Shown here one piece after another: positions 39,494-50,298 of a DNA stretch of 62,789 bases. Both the position numbers and the translations under genes were made by a program. The notes beneath the pieces were generated by a model. It ran no database searches. It worked only from the letters and a program-made list of their open reading frames with translations, and was not told where the DNA came from. The first letter of the stretch is position 1, and each line of letters begins with the position of its first letter. This DNA is from a bacterium (GTDB lineage: Bacteria > Patescibacteriota > Dojkabacteria > JAKAPS01), in NCBI GenBank assembly GCA_021806925.1, contig JAKAPS010000006.1, forward strand, positions 1-62,789, written 5' to 3'.

Positions 39494-39579
39494 AAGTTCT
39501 ATTAGACAGTGTTTATTTTGATTGAATAATTTTTTGCAAAGATGCAAAACATCACAAAATATGCTAAAATACCTAACAT

Positions 39580-40203
39580 ATGCAACTAACAGCAAAAACA
39601 AGAACTACATTAGGTAAAAAGAATAAGTACCTAAGAATGAACAATGAATTACCAGGAGTAATTTACTCAAAAGATATAGGATCAATAAGTGTTACATTTC
39701 CTATAGGTAATTTCAAAAAAGTATATGAAACATCAGGTAGATCAACAATAATAGATATTTCATTAGACAATGAAAAATCTTTAAAAGGTCTAATTGAAGA
39801 AATTCAAGTAAATCCGAGGAAAAATGAATATTCCCATGTTTCAGTCAGAGCTGTTAACCTAAACGAAGAAATAACGGCATTTGTTGCATTCGAGTTATTT
39901 GGAGAGTCACAAGCTGTAAAAATAGATAAAGGAATATTACTAAATATTACAAATGAAATTGAAATTAGATGTTTACCAGAAAAATTACCTCAAAGTATAA
40001 AAGTAGATATTTCACCTCTTGAAAAGATTGGTAATACTATATCAATTAATTCCATACAGTTGCCTGAAGGAGTTTCTCTTGTACATCAAGGCGATATAAA
40101 CCTGATTATTGCCAGTGTAATTGCACCAAAAGAAGATATTGCTAAATCAAATCAAGCAGATACGACAACCACTGCAACTACTACAGGAAGTACTGAAAAA
40201 TAA
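39580..40203 (+). CDS. rplY: 50S ribosomal protein bL25 (Ctc form)
   Basis: LTAKTR..GKKNK.LR...LPGVIY, IQVNP..HV, EIEIRCLPEKLPQSIKVDIS.L. Confidence 0.92.
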   Translation: MQLTAKTRTTLGKKNKYLRMNNELPGVIYSKDIGSISVTFPIGNFKKVYETSGRSTIIDISLDNEKSLKGLIEEIQVNPRKNEYSHVSVRAVNLNEEITAFVAFELFGESQAVKIDKGILLNITNEIEIRCLPEKLPQSIKVDISPLEKIGNTISINSIQLPEGVSLVHQGDINLIIASVIAPKEDIAKSNQADTTTTATTTGSTEK

Positions 40204-40255
40204 AGGGAATAGATACATTAAAATATTTTAATACAATATTTTTTACGTTTCTAGC

Positions 40256-41281
40256 TTATTGTGCTGTTAATGAAATATTACTTGTATCAATCGCAGGGAA
40301 AAACACATCAAATATTTTTGCTCCGCTGTAATTTATAACTCCAGCATTTAAATGTATGTGAAATACTGGAAACACATATCCGTTATTTGCCATATAGTCA
40401 ATCTTTGTATATTCAATTGATATATTTGTGTTAATATTGATCGTTTTATCTGTTATACTGCTGTCTTGCGTAAATACACTCAAATAATTCAAATTTGAAT
40501 AAACTTGGTCTAGGGCATTTCCAAGTGGGACTAAATTTACATCTGTAACTTTAGTCAATCTATCCCCTATTGGAAAATTAGTGAAATTAACATAGCCAAG
40601 TACTCCATCAGGTCTTATATACATATCAATAAAGTCACTTGAAGTATCTGGATATATCGAATTATTACCATTTAAAAATGTAACTTCAAATTCATAATAA
40701 TTACCACTCTTTACAATACTTTTTAATATGTACCCACTATTGATTCCAAATATTGTATTTAAATAATTTTCAAAATTATTTTTCATTGTTACAACATCAA
40801 TAGTATTTTGCGTTACGCTCGCATAATGCTCAAGTGTATAGTGTCCATTAATTACAGATAATGCATATGAATCATCGCTGTTTTCCCATGTAGAAGCATT
40901 TACGCTACTCATTTTAAACTTTTGAATTAGCGTTTGAACGTTAAATGGATCATATGTATAAACAGAATATTGTGAGGAGGTTCCAGAAGCAAAAATATTT
41001 GCATTTTGAACATTCATTATGTTATTTACAGTAACATTTGATTTAAATGGCAACAAACTCATTACAATAGGGGTAGGTGTTAAAGGAATTGGTGTCACAT
41101 TAATAGTAAATACTGATGATCTATGAATAAAGTTAGTAGATATGTAGTTGGAAATATATGGGTAAGATAATATAGCAAAGCAGATAACTGATACAATAAT
41201 AAAGCCTACCTTATACTCCTTAGAGTTGGTTTTATCGTTGGAGTTATTATCATTATTCATATTTTTACTTATATTCCACAA
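40256..41281 (-). CDS. Single-pass membrane protein with exported beta-rich domain, function unknown
   Basis: One TM near the N-terminus; overlaps the giant ORF by 13 nt (or starts at ATG 41260). Confidence 0.6.
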   Translation of the reverse strand: MWNISKNMNNDNNSNDKTNSKEYKVGFIIVSVICFAILSYPYISNYISTNFIHRSSVFTINVTPIPLTPTPIVMSLLPFKSNVTVNNIMNVQNANIFASGTSSQYSVYTYDPFNVQTLIQKFKMSSVNASTWENSDDSYALSVINGHYTLEHYASVTQNTIDVVTMKNNFENYLNTIFGINSGYILKSIVKSGNYYEFEVTFLNGNNSIYPDTSSDFIDMYIRPDGVLGYVNFTNFPIGDRLTKVTDVNLVPLGNALDQVYSNLNYLSVFTQDSSITDKTININTNISIEYTKIDYMANNGYVFPVFHIHLNAGVINYSGAKIFDVFFPAIDTSNISLTAQ

Positions 41282-44200
41282 ATATTACTAAAGTAGTTAA
41301 AGAATGACATTACTGACTTTGACTCTAATATACCACAATCAGGATATTTTTGAGAATTTTGCCTACACACGTACTCTTGTGCAAGTGATTCTGCTTGATA
41401 ACTGTTTATGCTTGTAGTTAATGTTTTCTTTGTATAATTTGGACATAACGTGTTACTCCATTTGAATCCGTTGTTTATATATGCAAATACACCCGCAGCA
41501 GCTACAATTGAATCCTGAAGATTATTTAAGTCAAGATTTTTTGAAACTCCACTGCATCCTTCTATATCACTAATCACACTGGCATCATTAACTGCCTGAA
41601 CATCATTTGTGCCTTGTGAAGTTATTTGTGATGATTTACTACTGTCAGCGTAAAATATACCCATTGGGCCAACTCTAATTGATGAAGTTGAGTTGTTTAA
41701 TACCTCATCAACGCTTTGAAGATTACTTCCTATGTAGTCTGTTGTTGGCGACTGCTTGTATTGACTAACATAACTACAAACTCCGTATTGGTTTGAATTT
41801 CCAGTTGATATATATGTTCCGTTATATTCAAGTTCTGCTGCAAGAAGAGCAGGATCTACGTTAAAAGCATCCCCTACCTTCGATATATATTTATATAAAG
41901 AACTATTAGTATATGATGATCCAGTACTTGGATCTGTGCATGTACTTGGATTTGCAGTTGGATTAGTATCTATAACACCTCCACTACTTGAACATACATA
42001 TACCCCAGTTCTCAGATATTCATTGACTGGTAATGACGCACATCCGACATTAGTTGTGCTTGCACTTGTATTATTCGATGAAAAGCATTCATTTAATTGC
42101 GTGTATGAATTAAATGCTGGACAATATATATCTTGATTAGCTCCACTCCCTTTATAGTAGACCTTACTATATTTATATTCGTTATTTGAATTTAATGAAA
42201 CAGACATGTATGACATATATGTATTTAAGTGTGGTCCTGTCCATGTCTGATGTGATGCTGGAACTTTAAAGTTTTTTACATCACTTTGTAGATCAATTCT
42301 CCCTATTGCAGGACCAGATTTTGTAACAATAAGAGGACTTCCTGAATAATATGCATTTGCATTTATTATTCCTTCACCATCTGAATTAGCATCATTACCC
42401 ATATAACTGTTATATGCATCGAGAACTGCCTTACTTGGCTCAACATGATAATACGTTATATCAACATCACTAGTGAAAAATCCATTTTGGGATTTTTGAT
42501 TTTGATCTAATCCCAATGCTTCTGGTGAAAGCATTATTGTTATTTCACCTCCTGATGTTGCACTTGAATTAGCTCCATCAACTGCATATATTATATATCC
42601 ATTGAATGGTGAAAATACATCATTAGAATTTCCTGACACAGGAACTAAATCGGTTGATAATTGAGATACATGTTCAGGAAGAGACGATACTAAATTATTT
42701 GAATTACCTGCACTGCATGCCTCACCCGGATTACTTGCACTATACTGCACTCCGTTATATGATAATGCAAAAGGACAACCACCGCTTAAGGCACCGTACT
42801 GTACAGTACCAATCTGTTGAGGTGCTGGATTAGCTCCTAAAATTCCTCCAAGTCCAGCAAATGCAGCTACAGAAAATCCCATCATCAAAATTCCAAACAT
42901 AACACTCATTGGGTCATTCCGTCTTAGTAAGAAAAAGAAACTAATTAAGAATGATATTACTCCAGCTACAGCCAATATGTTAGCTATGAACCCCATTACA
43001 AGACCTCTTACCCAACCATAAAGTGGTGTAAATGAAAGACCAAAACCAATTGCTCCACCTATACCAGCTCCAAGCAATGTGCCTAACGGTCCAAAAAACA
43101 ACCCTATACCACCACCTATTATCGCCCCTCCTATTGTAAAGGCCATTATCCCAAACCCACCAGAAAATGCCCAAGATAAGGCATGTGATAAGAAATTATT
43201 CCACACCCACATAGCTATTTTTCCAGTCATATCCATTATGAAGCCGGAAATCGCCCCGTTAGTTGCTATATCAATCCCAAAATATACAGCCAAGATAGGA
43301 AGAACTGCTAATGGATCTGTGACTCCAACTGCTGTAAGAATAGCACCAAACATGTCAGCCACCACTCTTGCATACATTCCGATACCTATAACATTGAATC
43401 CACCAATTAGTATATTATATAAACCTGCACCTATTGTAGTTAAAGAGTTCGCATCTATACCATTAGTAAATAATTCATGAACTCCTTTTGATAATTCGCC
43501 AAATCCTTTCCCAATATCGTTAAATCCATGTATTAGTGGATAAATCTCTCCATATGGATGATTTGCCGATAAATATGCTCCAAAGTAAAAATTCATTACA
43601 TTAGTTGATGCTCTAACTACCGAAGACACACCATTTTCCATTATGTATTTATATGTACCAGATGCTCTATCAAATGCATCTCTGATTACTTGAGGTAAAT
43701 ATTTATTTATTGCTACTCCTCCTAAGCGTACAGCAATGTATGCAGCTGCAACACCAGCAGCTAACTGATGATTTATTCCCCAAAGTACAGCTAGTATTGA
43801 TGCAGCGTTAACGCCAGTGTCTAATAAGTCACCAACTGACATAGGGAAGTCCATAAATCGATAAGATGAAACTTTTGATAATGCAACACCGAAACTATTA
43901 TCAGGATTCCTTAAAGCGTCGTGAATAGCGTTAAATAAACGATGATCAGGTGTTAATCTTCTTAATTCCGAAGTAGCTAACTGCTCATTTGTCATTGTTG
44001 GATCTTCACGTGATACTTCCTTTAACCATCTTTCAATACTATTTTGAAGACCTAATTTCATGCGGGAGTACAATTCCAGGAATATTCGTTCGCTAGTACT
44101 TAAATTATTTATGTGATTTACAATATCGGCGTAATTAGTTAATAGCCCTCTTTCCTCATCAGATAGTGTCCTAGCCAAATCAATACCTCCATTAACATGC

Positions 44201-47200
44201 TCCTGAACCATTTCATGAAATATTCTGACTAGATCAGGATTATCAGCATGTATAAGAGTATATAGCGTACTAGTTTGTGTTAAACCAGATAGTGTTATAT
44301 CCCCATTTTTAATACTCTCTACAAACGAAAGAAATCTACTTTGTGAAGCAGAATCCAATGAAATATATCTCAAACCATTAACATTTGTAGTAGGAGAATT
44401 AAATATATCACTATTTAAATGTCGTAAATTCTCAATAGCATCGGACCTAATAAAATATCTAGGATAATCATTAAATTCAAAAGCTCTGGTAATATAATCC
44501 GTATGATCGAGTGCCACAGATAATGCACGAACCGAAAGTACTTTTGCAACTGGAGCTGAAACATATTCTATAACACGTTTATTAAAATTCGACCATGCTC
44601 TATAAAATATGCTATCGTTTGGCCTAATCTGACCTTCTAAAAGTGTCTTAACTGAACCAGACGCATTTAATGATCCATCTCTTCCAATAGTATAAAAAAT
44701 ATCTTTAGGGTAATTCCTTAATGAATAAAATATTGTTCTAGTAAAAAAAACACTTAGTGCAAGTGTTGAGTTTTGTGTTATTAAATAAGTAGGAATTGCC
44801 CATAGACCGCCATTAATACCAGCTTTCAAAACCTCCCATGATGTATGGGTAGCAATTCCTACTCCCCTCAAAGCCGTAGCCGCAGCTTTAGCAGCAACAA
44901 ATAAGTGCCTTCCGTCTGTCCAACCATCAAAGATTCCTCTAATATATCCCTCTCTTCCTACCATTGATAACAAACCATCACCTTTAGTTATTGCATCACT
45001 AAAATTTTTTATATCAACAAGTCTTTGATTATACCAATATCTTAAACCGTCTAGGTTTGATAAATATTCTCGTGATGATTCTAGAATTTTGGTTCCAAAT
45101 TCTGTAAATGTTGCCCCCAAAGAGGATAAAACAACAGATGCTACAAAAGAAAATAGCGGTGAAATACTATCAACAAGAGATAAATCTCCTCTTCTTCTTC
45201 TATTTTCTCTATCTAACGTCTTTGATCCGAATAAATAAACAAACCTATTAAACCAAGATAGTTGTGCAAGATTAAGTACATTATTATTAAGGAGATCGTT
45301 ATTTGGAATAGCACGAACAGTGAATAATCTCCTAATCCTTGAGAGTATACTGTTACCATATACTGGAGCATTTTCATGAATACCAGCTCTCAATCCTAAT
45401 AGTCTTGATAATGCTCTAAATCCAATCTCGCCAGGTCTGTATCTATCATCACTAAATCTCCATACTAGATGACTTCCCTCAGTACTACGGACATATAAAC
45501 CAGCAGCTCCTAAAAATGATTCCCAGCTTATTCTCTTTATTAATCGACTTACTGCCTCACCCTTTGGAACAAAATAATGATTATATAATCCCCATGCAGA
45601 GTTATGTGCATTATATGGTGCAAATAAACCAGCGTTCCTAGCCTTACTTCTTCCCATTATATTTAACGGGTCAATTCCGTACCTCAACATTCTTAAAGCA
45701 TTTACATTATCTGGTATTAAGTTCTGAGTAATACCTATTATGCTTCCTGCAACAGATGCAATAAGAAATAAGCCTGGCATTGGAATACCAGCTCCTATAA
45801 CGCCATTTAATGCAACACCATATAATGCAGTACGAACTAAATTATCAGTTGAAAATGGATCTTTAGCAATACCATCATTAATCCTTTTTAAAATGTTCTC
45901 AGTCTGTTCAGCCTGCATACCTGTAGCAATCAAGTTCTGCCAACGCCCTGATCTAGATAATTCAACTTGTAATGCTTCCTCTAATCTTACATAAAAATCA
46001 TTTAAGTCTTGGTAATTATTTGGATTAAAAGCATGAGATACATGCCTTATGTTTTCATATATTGGATTTCCGTTAGGATCTCTGGCAACAACAGGAATGT
46101 TCAATAATACATACTCGCCTCTTCTACTTCCTCTAAGGATATTATTGGCAACCCTAACAGCGTTAGAATGACTCAAGTATATTTCTAATTGCCTGGTTAT
46201 TGAATCTCTAATTAACAATCGCTCAGAACTACTATTAGACCATTCTGTAAATGCTTGAAATCTTGATAGAATCCTGCTTCTTACAGGAGGTATTGTATTA
46301 CCTACAGAATGCATCCTATCCAATTCCTGTATTCTGCGATCTAATGAAAAAGATGATGATCTGTCGTATTGTACAACAAGCTTCATTATATTGTTTAGAT
46401 AACCTTGCTTAGCAACCTGAAGTTCATGAAGTCTTTCTTTTACTCTTATAGTTTCACTCTGTAAATTTCTCCTTATAATAATACTATCTTGAGCTGTTCC
46501 ATTTATACTTTTAATACATACGTCTATGTTAGTACCTCCACCTTGAAATGGGCTTGAATGTTTTTGAACTTTTCCTGCAACAACTACCTTTATTGCATTT
46601 GCAATTTGACTATCATCTAATCCACCTTTATTATTTAAACTTGCTGCAACTGCATTAATATCAATATTATTATTAAAACCAATTTTTGAAACTCTCTTTG
46701 TAATCTCCTCAGCCATTTCTCTTGAAACTCTAGGATCATAAGTCAATCTATTTAAAGCATTGGCTGTAGCTTCTTGTGTAAGGTAGGCAGATATTTCTAT
46801 TTTTTGCTGTTTTCTTGAAATACTAATTCTATTCATTCTATTTTCACCCTCAAACCCAGCGTCACCACCAAAAGGATGCACAACACCACGCATACCCAAA
46901 TAAAGTAGAAAATTAGATGGCATTTGTTGCGGATCACCTGGAACTTGTCCAACAGGTCTGCCAGTTGTATAATGTATTGCAGCATTTAAATCTTGGTCAT
47001 GTGTAAGATCAATTGATGCAACTGCTTTAAGGGCATCTTCCCTTCCTACCAATTCAGCTCTAATCGATCTGTTGTTATTCAGCTTTGTAAACAAATCATC
47101 TAGGTTTGCTGAATGGGTTCTATTCCACGCATCTGGATCTGGCGCGTTCGCTGGACATGTTGCCGCCAATTCATTATTATAACTCAATTCAAGAGCTTGA

Positions 47201-48513
47201 ATATTGTTACCTATATTAGCGATCTCATTCCCTATTCCAGATGATCTGGATGCAATATCATTACTGTATTTTTCAACAAACTTATTAATTTCTTTAACTT
47301 TTTCTATAACGACAACTCCGCTAGGATCAATTTGTTGATTGATTCTATCTCTTATTGACCTTATTGGAACTTTACCAAATTGATTACTTACCTTTACATT
47401 TACTAGATTAGTAACCATCGTACCTATATAGTCACCAGGAGTAATCGCCACCTTAGCCCCACTGGCTAAAGCATTTGCAATATCCTCTGTAGGAATTGGA
47501 TGACCCGCACTATCTACATTTAGATTATCCCGTACTGGCACAGCTCTGTATACTGGATGTATGTCATCCACTGTTTGCTTCTGTCCGTTTAAGTCAATAT
47601 ATTCATAACCTTCGGGAACTCTCTCTAACCTGACTAAGCTACGAGTTTCATTATCATGTAGCAATACGTTAGGCGTTATGTTTGTAGAGAAGAGCTGTTC
47701 ACCTGAACTTCCAACTCCCACATTATTAATATTGTTATTACTATTAGACCCATTTCCACTTCCAGTACTATTTTGAGTAGATGAATTTGATTGTGTAGGT
47801 AGAATTCCCTGAAGTATATTTGCTAATGGAGTTAGGAGTTCTTTTGGAAGGTCTCGTAGCGAAGAAGTGTTTTCATCCTTTTTATTAGGATCTTCTGCGA
47901 TATTTATTCCAGCATAATTAAATATTCCTCCAGAATCAGGACCTCTTCCAGTGTTGTTAGGCTGATAACCTCTTGCTTGATCCCCAGGAGTTAGTTGTGA
48001 ACCTGTATAATTTCCTAGTACTGGAGGTTCAAATTGTTTATCTACACCCAATTCAGATATGACCGAAGCAAAAACAGTTGCAACCATTTCATTAAACTGT
48101 TGCTTACCAACTCTAGTTGCATTTTCGCCATTTATCCAATTTGATATTTCAGGAACTTTACACAGTTCATTAAATAAGTTATTCGATGCTTCTTGTACTA
48201 TTTTTCTTTGTGCAACGCTACCGCTTAAAGCTATATAGTTATTTTGAATATAGTCCTGAACCTCATCTGGTGGAATTCCTCTATTTACTGCTTCAGTAAT
48301 AAGTTCCTCTTTTGTGGGACTATACCTGTTTAATTGATAACTTAAGCTACTAGAATTAAGTGCTCCTCCCAAATTAGAGGCTGATTCGGTAAATATCTGT
48401 CTTATATGAGTTGAAGGATCAGAATCAACATGCGGATATTCTGCCAATCCAATTGGAGATGAACTTTTCTTATCAAGTACCCCCCAAATCAAAGAGATTA
48501 TTCCACCAGGCAT
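41269..48513 (-). CDS. 2414-aa giant membrane protein with Gly-zipper TM region, M23-like domain and C-terminal lytic transglycosylase-like domain
   Basis: Uninterrupted ORF; GGAIIGGGIGLFFGPLGTLLGAGIGGAIG; SPFNGYIIYA...GGEITI...ITYYHV...TGPHLN; FNVDPALLAAELE...VGPMGI...NLQDSIVAAA. Confidence 0.7.
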   Translation of the reverse strand: MPGGIISLIWGVLDKKSSSPIGLAEYPHVDSDPSTHIRQIFTESASNLGGALNSSSLSYQLNRYSPTKEELITEAVNRGIPPDEVQDYIQNNYIALSGSVAQRKIVQEASNNLFNELCKVPEISNWINGENATRVGKQQFNEMVATVFASVISELGVDKQFEPPVLGNYTGSQLTPGDQARGYQPNNTGRGPDSGGIFNYAGINIAEDPNKKDENTSSLRDLPKELLTPLANILQGILPTQSNSSTQNSTGSGNGSNSNNNINNVGVGSSGEQLFSTNITPNVLLHDNETRSLVRLERVPEGYEYIDLNGQKQTVDDIHPVYRAVPVRDNLNVDSAGHPIPTEDIANALASGAKVAITPGDYIGTMVTNLVNVKVSNQFGKVPIRSIRDRINQQIDPSGVVVIEKVKEINKFVEKYSNDIASRSSGIGNEIANIGNNIQALELSYNNELAATCPANAPDPDAWNRTHSANLDDLFTKLNNNRSIRAELVGREDALKAVASIDLTHDQDLNAAIHYTTGRPVGQVPGDPQQMPSNFLLYLGMRGVVHPFGGDAGFEGENRMNRISISRKQQKIEISAYLTQEATANALNRLTYDPRVSREMAEEITKRVSKIGFNNNIDINAVAASLNNKGGLDDSQIANAIKVVVAGKVQKHSSPFQGGGTNIDVCIKSINGTAQDSIIIRRNLQSETIRVKERLHELQVAKQGYLNNIMKLVVQYDRSSSFSLDRRIQELDRMHSVGNTIPPVRSRILSRFQAFTEWSNSSSERLLIRDSITRQLEIYLSHSNAVRVANNILRGSRRGEYVLLNIPVVARDPNGNPIYENIRHVSHAFNPNNYQDLNDFYVRLEEALQVELSRSGRWQNLIATGMQAEQTENILKRINDGIAKDPFSTDNLVRTALYGVALNGVIGAGIPMPGLFLIASVAGSIIGITQNLIPDNVNALRMLRYGIDPLNIMGRSKARNAGLFAPYNAHNSAWGLYNHYFVPKGEAVSRLIKRISWESFLGAAGLYVRSTEGSHLVWRFSDDRYRPGEIGFRALSRLLGLRAGIHENAPVYGNSILSRIRRLFTVRAIPNNDLLNNNVLNLAQLSWFNRFVYLFGSKTLDRENRRRRGDLSLVDSISPLFSFVASVVLSSLGATFTEFGTKILESSREYLSNLDGLRYWYNQRLVDIKNFSDAITKGDGLLSMVGREGYIRGIFDGWTDGRHLFVAAKAAATALRGVGIATHTSWEVLKAGINGGLWAIPTYLITQNSTLALSVFFTRTIFYSLRNYPKDIFYTIGRDGSLNASGSVKTLLEGQIRPNDSIFYRAWSNFNKRVIEYVSAPVAKVLSVRALSVALDHTDYITRAFEFNDYPRYFIRSDAIENLRHLNSDIFNSPTTNVNGLRYISLDSASQSRFLSFVESIKNGDITLSGLTQTSTLYTLIHADNPDLVRIFHEMVQEHVNGGIDLARTLSDEERGLLTNYADIVNHINNLSTSERIFLELYSRMKLGLQNSIERWLKEVSREDPTMTNEQLATSELRRLTPDHRLFNAIHDALRNPDNSFGVALSKVSSYRFMDFPMSVGDLLDTGVNAASILAVLWGINHQLAAGVAAAYIAVRLGGVAINKYLPQVIRDAFDRASGTYKYIMENGVSSVVRASTNVMNFYFGAYLSANHPYGEIYPLIHGFNDIGKGFGELSKGVHELFTNGIDANSLTTIGAGLYNILIGGFNVIGIGMYARVVADMFGAILTAVGVTDPLAVLPILAVYFGIDIATNGAISGFIMDMTGKIAMWVWNNFLSHALSWAFSGGFGIMAFTIGGAIIGGGIGLFFGPLGTLLGAGIGGAIGFGLSFTPLYGWVRGLVMGFIANILAVAGVISFLISFFFLLRRNDPMSVMFGILMMGFSVAAFAGLGGILGANPAPQQIGTVQYGALSGGCPFALSYNGVQYSASNPGEACSAGNSNNLVSSLPEHVSQLSTDLVPVSGNSNDVFSPFNGYIIYAVDGANSSATSGGEITIMLSPEALGLDQNQKSQNGFFTSDVDITYYHVEPSKAVLDAYNSYMGNDANSDGEGIINANAYYSGSPLIVTKSGPAIGRIDLQSDVKNFKVPASHQTWTGPHLNTYMSYMSVSLNSNNEYKYSKVYYKGSGANQDIYCPAFNSYTQLNECFSSNNTSASTTNVGCASLPVNEYLRTGVYVCSSSGGVIDTNPTANPSTCTDPSTGSSYTNSSLYKYISKVGDAFNVDPALLAAELEYNGTYISTGNSNQYGVCSYVSQYKQSPTTDYIGSNLQSVDEVLNNSTSSIRVGPMGIFYADSSKSSQITSQGTNDVQAVNDASVISDIEGCSGVSKNLDLNNLQDSIVAAAGVFAYINNGFKWSNTLCPNYTKKTLTTSINSYQAESLAQEYVCRQNSQKYPDCGILESKSVMSFFNYFSNICGI

Positions 48514-48522
48514 AAATAAATA

Positions 48523-50298
48523 TTAAACGACATTCCCAATAATCCCCCCAACAAGAGGAATCTTTCCTGCAAGATTCATAGCTTTCTTTCCAAATTCTCC
48601 AGAAGATTCATTAGCACCTCTGAATTGGAATTCTGTCTTGAAGAACTCATCAAGATCTTTGGCAAGACCAGGAATAATTGTAATTATACCAAGTGCTACA
48701 AAATTCCATATATATTGTGGGTCAATTGAATCAACAAATATCAATGGACCATTTGAAAAGTTAACAATACCAACATTACTTGATATAAACCATGGACCTG
48801 AATTGTTTGTAAGACCGAATTCATTTCCGGCACCTCCTGACGTTCCTGAACAACTTGTGTATCCACTAACACCATTTGCTGATGAAGGACATTCAGTTCC
48901 AAATGCAAATATTGCAGCAATGAATATTAGAAGAAACACAGCAGGAAATATCAATGCAGAAGAAAGGAGAGAATTTAAATAATTACCAATAGCCTTACCT
49001 CCACTTAATACATAATTTACAAGCATAAGAGGTCCAATAGCTGCTACCAATACAATCTTTATAAACGCTGTTAAAACAACAATAAATATTCTTACTGCCC
49101 AATACAATGCAAGGACATTTAATATGAATCCTATTGCAATTGTAACAGCACCAGCAAGTGCAAATGTATTATTAAGCAACAATCCATCAAGTATTCCTAT
49201 ATTTGTAGGTTGATCAATTAACCCAGCATACCCTGCACCATTTTGTTCTGCTGGTGGAAACCAACTTTGTACATTAACAATGGGAGCTAATAATCTAAAG
49301 ATATTAAAATCTCCTGCATTTCCGCCTATAACACCTTTTTGAGATTGAGTAGTATATTCATTAAATCCACAATACTTCATACCTGTTGTACTCTGAAGCC
49401 CGCTTGTATATGAACCTCCTGGAACAAGAGAATTAACTGAACAGGCAACAGGGTATTCCCCTGCAGCATAATATGTAGGTTGAACAAATTCTGGAGCAAG
49501 AACTGAGATTATAACATTGGTTCCAAGATTTGCTATATCAATCATAAGTCCTGCTATTGCATAGCTGAATGTGATTAACAATAGTGCAATTATTATCTTA
49601 GGTATTGAGCTCATAATTGTTACTTCTTCCTGCCCAAGTTTTGCACCAAATAACAAAAGGAAACCAATAAAAACAACAAGTATTGCAACAACAATATACG
49701 CTATATTTCGTGAGATATCCCAAATTGGCAATACCGGCGACAGTGTGTTATACCCAGTACCAGTTGTTCCAGCTGCATATACACTCGTTTTGTTTTGTTC
49801 AAATCTACTTTGAACATAATATGTTGCAAGTGCAGAGAAGCTAACAGGATTATTTGAATATATATAACCTTCAGTATTTGCAAGGAATCCAAGAAGTCCA
49901 GTTGAACCGCTTGATGTTGAGGTTGCCTGTGTCCCTTGTGCAATTTGATTAACTAAACTTGCAAACTGAGCAAATTCATCGTTTATTAAATTAGGTGAAA
50001 TACTAGATTGATATCCAAGATTATTTTGCGCGGTCGTATTATCTAAAGAATATGTATTGTAATCTTGCGCAGATACAATACCTGACAATGATAAGCCAAC
50101 TATTGATAGGAACCCTATTATCGAAAACAGAGCTAGCTTATTCCTCCAGTTCAAATTTAAAAATAGGATAAAAAAAGATTTAATTCTATGTAGGGTTGCT
50201 AATAAAATAACCCAAATAGCAAAAAACGCAATTTGTAACTTAAGTAAAATATATTTGAAGAATAGATTCATATTCTCATTTATTATATTACTTTTCAA
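48523..50298 (-). CDS. VirB6/TrbL-like polytopic membrane protein (CPR type)
   Basis: WDISRNIAYIVV...IPKIIIALLLITFSYAIAGLMIDI; several C-terminal TM helices; start TTG 50298 (TTGA overlap with trmD stop) or ATG 50271. Confidence 0.6.
   Translation of the reverse strand: MKSNIINENMNLFFKYILLKLQIAFFAIWVILLATLHRIKSFFILFLNLNWRNKLALFSIIGFLSIVGLSLSGIVSAQDYNTYSLDNTTAQNNLGYQSSISPNLINDEFAQFASLVNQIAQGTQATSTSSGSTGLLGFLANTEGYIYSNNPVSFSALATYYVQSRFEQNKTSVYAAGTTGTGYNTLSPVLPIWDISRNIAYIVVAILVVFIGFLLLFGAKLGQEEVTIMSSIPKIIIALLLITFSYAIAGLMIDIANLGTNVIISVLAPEFVQPTYYAAGEYPVACSVNSLVPGGSYTSGLQSTTGMKYCGFNEYTTQSQKGVIGGNAGDFNIFRLLAPIVNVQSWFPPAEQNGAGYAGLIDQPTNIGILDGLLLNNTFALAGAVTIAIGFILNVLALYWAVRIFIVVLTAFIKIVLVAAIGPLMLVNYVLSGGKAIGNYLNSLLSSALIFPAVFLLIFIAAIFAFGTECPSSANGVSGYTSCSGTSGGAGNEFGLTNNSGPWFISSNVGIVNFSNGPLIFVDSIDPQYIWNFVALGIITIIPGLAKDLDEFFKTEFQFRGANESSGEFGKKAMNLAGKIPLVGGIIGNVV

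Noticed and set aside
41269-48513. Prophage tail tape-measure gene
   Set aside because: No capsid, terminase, tail or integrase neighbours; flanked by rplY and trmD. Tape-measure-like ancestry remains possible
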